Shown: positions 8,344 to 16,644, numbered from the stretch's first letter. The stretch: 57,396 bases of DNA from Bacillota bacterium (GCA_012520035.1 JAAYOY010000090.1:1-57396); one strand, 5' to 3'. Numbers and translations are program-made. The notes: a model not told the origin generated them from the letters alone.

Positions 8344-8985
8344 TCAAAGATCACAGGGATCTGATTCAAGGATATCTTCGATATCTTTTTCATTTTCTTC
8401 AATGATTCCTTTTTCTTCATTGATTCCTTTTTCTTCATTGATTCCTTTTTCATTTTCTTTTTTGTGAGCTTCTTGTAAAGCTGAGTAAGTAGCCTGGATT
8501 ACTTTGTAACAAGACTCAGTTGCTCCCGTAATAATATCAACATCATATGTGTTCTTCTCCACTATGTTGGATTCGAGAGTAATAAAAACTTCCCTAAGTA
8601 AAATATCTTCACCATCTTGTATGGGAATTTTATAAGTATCAGGATCTTTTGCCTTATTATCTCCGTGGTATTCTACAATAGAAGCTTTTATGATATTATT
8701 ATCAACGATCTCAATAGTGACCTCAGAGTATCCTTTTCCTTCAACTTTCTTAGAAACACCTGTATATACGCCATCTTGATATTCCTGTGCTTCAATCGGC
8801 TCCATTACAGGAGGAGAAGCTTCTTCTGTACCCCCCCTGCTTTGCCCTTCATCTGCTACCGTAATTTCTTCTTCTGCAATATCCGCAATTTCCACATCTT
8901 CTTGTGCTGCTGAGCAGCCATAAATCATAAATAACAAACATCCAGTTAATAGAATTATAAAACTCCTTTTTATTTTCATTTTCAT
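8344..8985 (-). CDS. FMN-binding-domain lipoprotein (extracytoplasmic), with flavinylation-type D-x-x-T-G-A-T motif
   Basis: MKMKIKRSFIILLTGCLLFMIYGCSAA is a signal peptide plus lipobox (IYGC). YQDGVYTG...DVDIITGATES resembles the FMN_bind domain (NqrC/RnfG/PplA type). AGGAGG RBS before the ATG at 8985. Acidic C-terminal tail with EKGINE repeats. Confidence 0.75.
   Translation of the reverse strand: MKMKIKRSFIILLTGCLLFMIYGCSAAQEDVEIADIAEEEITVADEGQSRGGTEEASPPVMEPIEAQEYQDGVYTGVSKKVEGKGYSEVTIEIVDNNIIKASIVEYHGDNKAKDPDTYKIPIQDGEDILLREVFITLESNIVEKNTYDVDIITGATESCYKVIQATYSALQEAHKKENEKGINEEKGINEEKGIIEENEKDIEDILESDPCDL
8395..8448. repeat. 3 x 18-bp in-frame tandem repeat (encodes EKGINE x3) in the lipoprotein tail
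   Basis: ttcttcaatgattccttt / ttcttcattgattccttt / ttcttcattgattccttt, read directly. Confidence 0.9.
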
Positions 8986-9127
8986 CCTATTCAACCTCCT
9001 ATCTCTGTTCTTGAAGAATATCATTTAATATCTCCGTTATTCTTACGTTATTCTTAGATTTACGAAAGTTTGTAACCTCGGGTTTAAATCTTCTTTTAAG
9101 CATAAAAATCTTCTGCAGCAACGGAGG

Positions 9128-9178
9128 CTGGCTGTGGGTATGTGGCCTTCGCCTTAACGTTGGCCACATACCCGCAGC
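9128..9178. repeat. Strong 18-bp-stem inverted repeat (GGCTGTGGGTATGTGGCC ... GGCCACATACCCGCAGCC)
   Basis: 17/18 complementary positions and a 15-nt loop. Lies next to the 3' end of the IS110-like remnant. Confidence 0.8.
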
Positions 9179-9239
9179 CAAAATATTTCCACCTTGGCCG
9201 ACATCCCACCTTAAGCCTCATCCGGCTACGCTATCATGT

Positions 9240-9760
9240 CTCATAGGGTCAATACCCTTAGACTGGTTTGTTTTAAGAATGTTCTTGGGTCTTGTTTGAA
9301 ATAGTAATACAGGACTCTTAACTGCGGGTTTTTTGACACTGTTATCGGGGCAGCCTGGCAAAGCAAACAATGCAATCTGGAGCGGCTCTTTTGGTAATTA
9401 CAGTGTTACTCGCCGGAAGTGCTGCTCTTAGGTTAAAACCAGCAAGCTTGATCACCTGGAAGGATGCTCAAAGAATCGTTGCCGCTGCCACTATGCCCAA
9501 ACCGGGAATGCTGCGAAATTTTAGCTTGAATCCTGTTACCGAGATCCCCTGTTCGCCTGTAGATCACAAATGTCATAGGAGTAGCTATCCATTCGGCCTG
9601 GGAACGAAAATCTGGTCATTCACCGTCGTAATCGGCTGCCAAGACCAGATTCGTCCAACAATGAGTGAATCCTTAGCTGTCAGCGCATATTTTGTTACCC
9701 ATAGAAGGCTACTCGTTCCCGTTTCAATAGTCACATGGTATCTTTGTCCGTTTTACCAAG
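9240..9760 (-). mobile_element. Degenerate, 5'-truncated IS110-family transposase pseudogene
   Basis: Minus-strand fragments in at least three frames: YHVTIETGTSSLLW... (DEDD-type N-domain-like), ...FRSIPGLGIVAAATIL...KLAGFNLRAALPASNTVITKRAAPD (Transposase_20 'IPGIG..tAa.ll' signature) and ...NPQLRVLYYYF.... Interrupted by stop codons and frameshifts. Confidence 0.5.
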
Positions 9761-9855
9761 GGTTTTCAGAATAGAAGTAATAATCCTCTTATCCTCTCCC
9801 TACCCTCAAATATCTATCTATACATAATAATCCCTAACAGGGACTATTGTTATTC

Positions 9856-11796
9856 TCAGCCGCAACCCGGGTCCCCCGGATCCCCAGCATCATCTATCAG
9901 CCTCGTTTCATGAGACGACCACGTGTAACAATGATCAAAATATGACCAACCGGTTACTGTTTTACCTTCTCCACCGGCTACAACAAAATGAAGAGTTTTC
10001 GGTGAAATTAGAATAGGAACTTTTCCTCCGGGCTGAAGAGATTCTTGCCACATTGGTAGATAATCAGGAGGAATCTGGTCTGCTAAGATTCCCTTTCCTT
10101 CTAAACTCTGTTGAATTCTTGCTTTTATATTTGCAATTTCTTCTGTGGATAGTTCCTCAAAGGGTATCCTGGTTTCTTCAAAGATATATTTTCGGAGGCT
10201 TTCCTGAGTATAGCCTAAGGCTTTGAAATCCTCAGCCATTTCTGGGGTAATCATAAATATATATTTGGGAGGATGTGCCGCTGGGCTGGCTATATCGGGG
10301 TTATACCCTGCAATTACTGTAGAGCGCTTACTACGTATCGAGTCAATAATCTTCTCCAAAGTAAGCTGAGCTGTCAAATGCTGGCCCGATTCCTCATATA
10401 ACGCCGTGTTCGTATAGTTTACAGGCATATTTCCTGAAATTGTGGAAACGGTTATACAGCTTTCTTCCGCATCAAAGCCGTAAGTCACATGATAGGGCTC
10501 CCAGGGGCTGCTTGAAAAATCCTCGGCAAACGTAAAAAAGGTAAATGGATACACCCTGCTACGTGCCATATCATTGATACCCGGCCACATGTGGCCAAAA
10601 TTAATCAAACACAACCTGATAGCACGGCCTATGGTAGAATTGGCTCTGTTTCCATAGGTCCATATACGGTCTTTCGAGTTCATATTGAGTTTTTCTCCCA
10701 TAGGTCCGCTCACCCAAATTGCAAGCTGAAAACCACCTAACGAGCCCTGTGGATGAATAAGATCATAGTCTTCTAATGTACCCCAGCCCGAAACAGCCTC
10801 CATTGCCGCGATAATTACCGGCAAGTACTCTGGCTTGGCACCTGCCATTACGGCATTAATTGCAATTTTTTCTACAGTGGCTTCCCCATTTTTTATAGGA
10901 ACTTTACCTATTACTTCATCCGGGGGACGAGTTGTACCTGTAAGCATCAAATCAACAGCTTCTCTTGTAGGGGGGATTAAAGCCAATCCATCTCCCCAAT
11001 GGTTCTTATCAAATATCTCCTGGAATTCCTGGATCGCATGCTCGTAACAGCAGGAGGTAATCGTGATTGGTGGAAGATCAACTTTTTCTAACTGGGGTGG
11101 GTCTTCCTCATCTGGCGTTAAGGGGCGAACGAGAGCATCAATAATATCGTTAAAATGGGATTCGGCAATAGGCCTCGACTCCTCCGAGGGTATATACCAA
11201 TAATAACCCTTCAATATTACCCTACGCAACATGGTCATTCCGTTATCGTAAGACCCTGATTCTACATCATGTTCGAATCCTCTGGCTACTAGTAAAACAC
11301 TGGGTACGCCTAATTTTTCCAACTTAATTATACCGGCAGAACTCTGCCAGGTGCAGGTCCCTCAATCACCCACACCGTATATAACGGTATCGACTTCTTT
11401 CGCTATCTGAGCTGCCATCTGATCGCCAATATCAAAAGCACCAACGTATCGTTTTACAGTGGTGGTAGGATAATATTTGTTGATCAATTCTTCAATCACA
11501 TCAAGAAATGCGGTAAACCCCTCTTTTCCATTATCATATAGCCCAATTGTCTTGCCATCCAAATCCGAAACACGCGGAGAAAGTGGCATATTTGGGGGCG
11601 GGTCAATTACACCCCTGGGATTCAGCGCCTCTAAGACCACCCCCTCACCGTGGTAGCGTCCCTGTCCATGAATATCAATAGGTTGCCCGGTTTGACCTGT
11701 ATGTTCGGGCGTTGCTGCTAGTGAAATAGAAGAGATTAATAAAACAAATAACAAACAACTAGTAACAAATAAATATCTTTTCATAATTATCAACAT
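9856..11796 (-). CDS. Predicted secreted or anchored selenoprotein A: signal peptide + GrdB/UGSC-like U-x-x-C module + uncharacterised ~450-aa domain (in-frame TGA at 11364..11362 read as Sec)
   Basis: ORFs 11362..11931 and 9856..11322 share a frame (offset 609 nt). Only TGA plus 13 sense codons separate them: ...DTVIYGVGD-U-GTCTWQSSAGIIKLEKLGVPSVLLVARGFEH.... Hairpin lies 9 nt downstream. Start chosen at ATG 11796 (MLIIMKRYLFVTSCLLFVLLISSISLA/ATPEH), 6 nt after AGGTGG. Paralog of 12210..14105, which has TGA at the equivalent position. Confidence 0.75.
11332..11352 (-). promoter_or_regulatory. SECIS-like hairpin downstream of the TGA in selenoprotein A
   Basis: ACC(U)GGCAG-AGUU-CUGCCGGU: 5-bp upper stem, bulged U, 3-bp lower stem. 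The apical loop is about 18-21 nt after the UGA, a geometry comparable to bacterial SECIS elements. Confidence 0.5.
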
Positions 11797-12209
11797 TATC
11801 AACCACCTTTCTCTTAATTTGTTAATATCCTTTTCATTCTTAGAATTACGAAGAACCTCGGCAATAACTCGCAGTATTGCCCAAGCGGGTGTGGAGCTTA
11901 TGGGGACAAGCTGGTGGATTGCCTGGTTCAACTTGATAAAACGGTTTGATAATCCCTAATCTGTTGCTAAAAATTTACAAAAAGCTGCCCGCTCTCCTTA
12001 CCGGTTGCTTTAAGCTGTGAATTGAATGATTCTGTAAACCTGGCTATGGCCTTAAGTATCCTAATTATCCGAACTGTCCAGTAGGAACAGTTAAAGTCCT
12101 ATATTGGGAAGGCAGGAATTGATAAATACCCCTTCCCGCCTTCACCATAGACTATTCAGAATCTAACATATGCACACTTCAATCCCTACCAGGGATTTTT
12201 ATTTTATCC

Positions 12210-14105
12210 TCAAGTGCTGCAGTCATCGTCCGAGGGAGGTTCAGGCTCACTAGGTTTAGAGGGAGGTTTAGGCTCACTAGGTTTAATTGGAACAGCGCCA
12301 GGAACAGGATTAATAAACGGATCATCTTTGCCAGGTTCAGCGGGTTTATATGTTTTATTAGGCATAAATTGATCTATCGATATACTACGTACATATGGCA
12401 TATCATAAACCTGACAAAAAGCATTTGTTTCCCCGCCTACTACTACTGTCTCAATCCCCCGGCCATAAAGCCAAGGCTGTATTAGCTCATCTTCCGGTAG
12501 TCTTAACCACGTTGCGTACGGTTCAATCCCGTTTTGGGCATCTCGCATAACAAAAGTCCGTACATAGTCAGTTGCCCAGTAGTCTTTGACAGTCCACTTA
12601 ATATTTTCTTTCAGCCATTCGGCAAGCTCTTCTGGAGTTTCAAAGCCTTCCCTATAGGTTTTCCAGGCCGCTGTTGGATCCATTACAAAAGTAGCTTTAG
12701 GAGTACTTGGAGGGAAAGCCTTCATTAAGATAAGCGCCTCTTCATGAAGTGGCCTGTAAGTAATGGCACCCATACAATCGATCTTAGACCAGCCAGTACC
12801 AAAGAGGCTTACAACGCTTTCGTCCTCCTTGAAGCCCTTACGGACATGAAAAGGTTTCCACGGGCTCCTTTCCTCATTCTCTGCAAAGACGATATTGCTA
12901 AAATTTAAGGGGTTGCCTACGGAACCACAATACCTTTCCGGCCAAGGCTGATATCCCCCACAATTTCTGGCAATGAACCCCCACGCTCTACCTATGGTAG
13001 AATTGGCTTCATTATATGGGCCCAACGCACCAACTTCATAATTCATGCCTATCGCCTTTCGTATTGGTCCGTTAACAACCGCCATTCCTGCCATAGAACT
13101 TGTAGAGGTAGACAAAGGAGGCGTTTCCGATGCAGCTAATGCCAAAATTACCGGGAAATATTCCGGTTTAGCTCCTGCCATTACTGCATTGACTGCAACC
13201 TGCTCCACTGTATAACTCCAAAACATCTTACCCACAACTTCATCAGGACTACGATTGGTTCCTGCAAGCATCTCAGCCACTTTATCTTCCGTTGGAAGCA
13301 CAATCGGCAATCCATCAGTCCATCCATTTTTATTAAATAATTGCCGCAGGTTATCCTCGGTATCTGGTTCTAACAACCTTACCCTTTTTGTTTCCGAAAT
13401 GCCTGTCTTCGTCTCCACTACGGATAAAGGTTTAGTGAGCGCATCAATAATCTCCTGCATTACAGGCTTGCCGGTTGTTGGATCTTTGCCGTTAACATAT
13501 TGTTTAAGTACGGTAGATGGTTCGCCCGCGAGTGGATGGGGAACAAATACCATACGCTGGAGTGGTTGCCCTTCTCGAGCGACATCGTACTTCAGATATT
13601 CAGCAAATTTTTCAGTGTGAATAGACACCGCAGGTATCCCTAGTTTTTCTATTGACCTAGCATGCCTCGCACACGACGGGGCACAACTACTTCAATGTCC
13701 ATAGGTTACTATCACTGCATCGCCGCCATTGTTTTTTATCTCCTGCCATAGCTCTGGATCATCCTGTCCATATGACCCACTTTTTTCCTTGATTATTGTT
13801 GTCACAGACGGCATGTTTTCAGCAAACCAAGCCTGTATATGCTCTAAAAACAAAACCCCTGACGGTTTCCCGAAACCCTGATCTACTAAGTATACAGTTT
13901 TACCTTCTAGGGTATCAAGCCTAGGTGCCATGGGTATTAGCTCTACAGGAGGAGGTTGGCCCAAAGGATTGAGGACGGTAATTAATTTTGCATCCTCTTT
14001 TTGCGCGTGTTCGGGGAGGGGCGAAGTTGCCAGTGCAATAGAAGAAATTAATAAAACAAATAAAAAAACAAATAAACAACTGATAGTAAATAAATATCTT
14101 TTCAT
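12210..14105 (-). CDS. Predicted secreted or anchored selenoprotein B (paralog of A; in-frame TGA at 13694..13692 read as Sec)
   Basis: ORFs 13692..14114 and 12210..13628 share a frame (offset 486 nt). Read-through gives ...GGDAVIVTYGH-U-SSCAPSCARHARSIEKLGIPAVSIHTEKF.... N-terminus is MKRYLFTISCLFVFLFVLLISSIALA/TSPLPEH. Blocks shared with A: NGWTDGLP.V.PT, AVNAVMAGAKPEY.PVI, ANSTIGRA, SPW.P.HV..GF. Pro-rich tail ends ...DDDCST. Confidence 0.75.
12232..12285. repeat. 2 x 27-bp in-frame tandem repeat (KPSEPKPPS/KPSEPEPPS) in the selenoprotein B tail
   Basis: gagggaggttcaggctcactaggttta / gagggaggtttaggctcactaggttta, 26/27 identical. Confidence 0.9.
13662..13684 (-). promoter_or_regulatory. Possible SECIS-like hairpin downstream of the TGA in selenoprotein B
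   Basis: GUGCC-C-CGU-CGUGU-GCG-A-GGCAU starts 8 nt after the UGA. An interrupted stem, less canonical than in A. Confidence 0.35.
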
Positions 14106-14560
14106 AATTATCAACCCCTTTTCAAATTTGTAACTTTTGAATTTGCCTTAAATTACTTTTGCCTTAGTCTAAAACAATCCTTAAAAACTTCCACTAACAA
14201 CATCCTCTGATAATTAAGTCATTTTACCTGTCGTCTTTAATCCACCCCCTTTTATTTATTAAAAGGAAACCTACGTATAGGATATTAGGGAGGCTAGAAA
14301 TTAAGGGCTTATTAGTGGTTTGATCTACGATAGGACACCACCTAAAAATTTATAGCAAATTGTATTCCAAATTTAAAATTGTTTATATATTTAAAGGAAA
14401 GCTAAATTAGACTATTTTTACCGGTTTATTGTTTTATGAAATAATTAATATTGATAATTTTTAGGAAAGGGGACAAATCTGATAGTATAAAGGAGATAGG
14501 AAAGTAGTAAAACTTTATAGTTAGAACAGGTTGATAGATTAAAGCGCTATTACCATTTAT

Positions 14561-14657
14561 TTAATTATATATAAATATTCAAAACTATAATACTCAAATT
14601 AGATAATTTTAACTCTTAAAACTTTTTTTTTAAGTCGAATATTTTAGGCAGGAAATA
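14561..14657 (+). repeat. Repeat copy 2 of the ~95-bp AT-rich element (direct repeat of 7670-7762)
   Basis: ttaattat..aatattcaaaac.ataatac.caaattagataattttaactcttaaaac...ttaagtcgaatatttt.ggcaggaaata is shared with copy 1. The palindrome AAATTAGATAATTT sits at 14596-14609. Confidence 0.85.
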
Positions 14658-14925
14658 AATAATTTTTGTTGAAATAATAAGTAATATATTGCTTTGCCGG
14701 GTTAATATTATAAATTGCACCCTACAGGGAGGTGTATACTGCTATTAATAAACAATTAAAAGTAGGATGGTATGATGGTTATTGTTTATATTATCTTCGG
14801 TTTTCTTAATTTTGTGAACATATATTAGTAAGACAGCAGCATGGGTACCTCTATCAAGCTTTAATGATGGGGGTGTCTTTATGTGTTGATGAATCCCCAA
14901 TTATTGAAAAGGAGGAAAATAAATA

Positions 14926-16512
14926 ATGACCGTCAGCAAATGGATGCATGTTGGAACAGTCTTAAAGATGAATGCCTTAAACTATCCTGATAAATTAGGC
15001 TGCCAGGATAAATACAAGAGTTTTACCTTTAAAGAATGGAATGAGCGGGCTTGTCGGTTGGCCAATGCCTTCTCGGAAGCAGGTGTCGGTTACGGTGAAC
15101 GGGTGGCAATACTCGCTTATAACCGCGTAGAATGGATGGAAATGTATGCAGGGTGCGCAAAAGGCGGGCAGATAGCCGTTCCTATTATGTTTCGGTTGGC
15201 TCCGGTTGATATAGAATATATCATCAACCACTCCACCAGCAAAATGATTATTGTTGAAGAACCTTTTGTAGAAAGCATTAACAGTATACGTGATAATCTT
15301 AAATCAATACCCCGGGATAACTTTATTTTCCTGGGAGAGGGGAAAGCTCCGGACGGTTATATTCATTATGAAGATTTTCTTAACCAGGGTAAACCAGTGG
15401 AACCGGATGTGATCGTAGACGCTAATGACCCGTGGACTATTATGTATACCTCCGGAACAACAGGCAAACCAAAAGGAGTCGTAAGAAACCACGAGAGTTA
15501 TCTCGGGCAGTACTTCCTCAGCAATATGAGTATGGGCGTAAGACCGACAGATAAGTCCATGCTGGTAATGCCGATGTGTCATGTTAATTCCATCTATTAT
15601 TCATTCGCCTATACTTACGTTACAGCGCCCGTTATGGTTTATAATATGATTAGCTTTGATCCCGAGGATCTTTTAAAAACAATATCCGATTATAAAATCA
15701 CATTCACCTCCCTGGTCCCGACTCATTATATTATGATCCTTGCGTTGCCTGATGAAATCAAACAAAAATATGATGTTTCCAGCATCCGGCAGTTGCTTAT
15801 CTCCTCTGCTCCGGCAAGGAAAGACTTAAAGCTGGCCATTATGGACTACTTTAAATCGGTAGAGCTCTGGGAGGCCTATGGCTCTACAGAAGCTGCTCTT
15901 GTAACGCTTTTGCGGCCGGAAGATCAGTTAACTCACCTTGGTTCTATAGGAAAGGAAATTTTTGGTCTTGACAGAATTAAACTGCTTGATGAAGATGGGA
16001 ATGAGGTACCAGATGGAGAGGTAGGAGAGCTATATTCCAGGTCCCCGGGAACATTCCAGAAATACTGGAACGACCCCGAAAAAACCAAAGAGGTATTCCG
16101 CGGGGAATGGTGCACTGCAGGTGATATGGCCAGAAGAGATGAAAACGGCTATTATTATCTGGTAGACAGAAAGAAGAACATGATTATTACAGGAGGCGAA
16201 AATGTTTATCCTTCTGAAGTGGAAAACATCATAGGAGCACATCCGGCAGTAAAAGATGTAGCGGTAATCGGAGTCCCGGACGAAAAATGGGGCGAGTCAG
16301 TTACCGCGATTATTATTTTACACCAGAATTACCAGCCCGGAGAAGAAATAAAGAAAGAAATAATGGAATTTACCAAAGGAAAGATGGCAGGCTTTAAACG
16401 TCCCAAAAATATCCATTTCATCTCTGATGAAGAAATGCCGCGGACGGGTACAGGCAAAATACTGCACCGTGTATTGCGGGAACAGTTCGGCAAATGGAGC
16501 GACATGAATTAA
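14926..16512 (+). CDS. AMP-dependent acyl-CoA synthetase/ligase (ANL superfamily)
   Basis: 528 aa with YTSGTTGKPKGV (AMP-binding motif), GEL..RSP, ..GD.ARRDENGYYYLVDRKK, PRTGTGKI. AAGGAGG RBS. Confidence 0.9.
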   Translation: MTVSKWMHVGTVLKMNALNYPDKLGCQDKYKSFTFKEWNERACRLANAFSEAGVGYGERVAILAYNRVEWMEMYAGCAKGGQIAVPIMFRLAPVDIEYIINHSTSKMIIVEEPFVESINSIRDNLKSIPRDNFIFLGEGKAPDGYIHYEDFLNQGKPVEPDVIVDANDPWTIMYTSGTTGKPKGVVRNHESYLGQYFLSNMSMGVRPTDKSMLVMPMCHVNSIYYSFAYTYVTAPVMVYNMISFDPEDLLKTISDYKITFTSLVPTHYIMILALPDEIKQKYDVSSIRQLLISSAPARKDLKLAIMDYFKSVELWEAYGSTEAALVTLLRPEDQLTHLGSIGKEIFGLDRIKLLDEDGNEVPDGEVGELYSRSPGTFQKYWNDPEKTKEVFRGEWCTAGDMARRDENGYYYLVDRKKNMIITGGENVYPSEVENIIGAHPAVKDVAVIGVPDEKWGESVTAIIILHQNYQPGEEIKKEIMEFTKGKMAGFKRPKNIHFISDEEMPRTGTGKILHRVLREQFGKWSDMN

Positions 16513-16551
16513 ATAAGTTCCAATAATCTATATATTTATAATAACAAAAAT

Positions 16552-16593
16552 AGTATGACTCTACCGGTTGCAAAAATCCGGTAGAGTCATACT
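16552..16593. terminator. Bidirectional intrinsic terminator between the convergent ligase genes
   Basis: Perfect 16-bp stem AGTATGACTCTACCGG / CCGGTAGAGTCATACT with a 10-nt loop. Confidence 0.75.
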
Positions 16594-16644
16594 GTACGCC
16601 AATGTTTCGTCTTTTTTATTCGTTAATTTTGTCAGCCTCTGCAA

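Noticed and set aside
8395-8448. Short tandem repeats at 8395-8448, 12232-12285 and 6391-6416 as possible CRISPR arrays.
   Set aside because: The repeats are contiguous with no spacers, there are only 2-3 units, and two of them are in-frame inside genes. This is not CRISPR architecture.
8247-8453. 68-aa ORF with MKKESMKKKESMKKKES repeats.
   Set aside because: It is an alternative-frame reading of the 18-bp tandem repeat inside the lipoprotein gene, so it is an artefact of the repeat.
9370-9774. 134-aa plus-strand ORF (MQSGAALLVITV...).
   Set aside because: It lies antisense to the recognisable IS110-like transposase remnants. It has no RBS and a compositionally odd sequence with no family resemblance.
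11362-11364. The in-frame TGAs at 11362-11364 and 13692-13694 as ordinary stop codons or nonsense mutations, giving four separate genes or two pseudogenes.
   Set aside because: - Both paralogs have the TGA at the homologous codon inside a U-x-x-C dyad.
- The downstream halves lack RBSs and real start codons.
- The frames are continuous.
- A hairpin follows each TGA.

Sec recoding explains all four observations better. It remains unproven without sel genes in view.
11797-11931. N-terminal extension MNQAIHQLVPISS...RERWLI of ORF 11362..11931.
   Set aside because: There is no RBS. The paralog starts at MKRYLF, and an AGGTGG RBS precedes the internal ATG at 11796. The extension is most likely non-coding.
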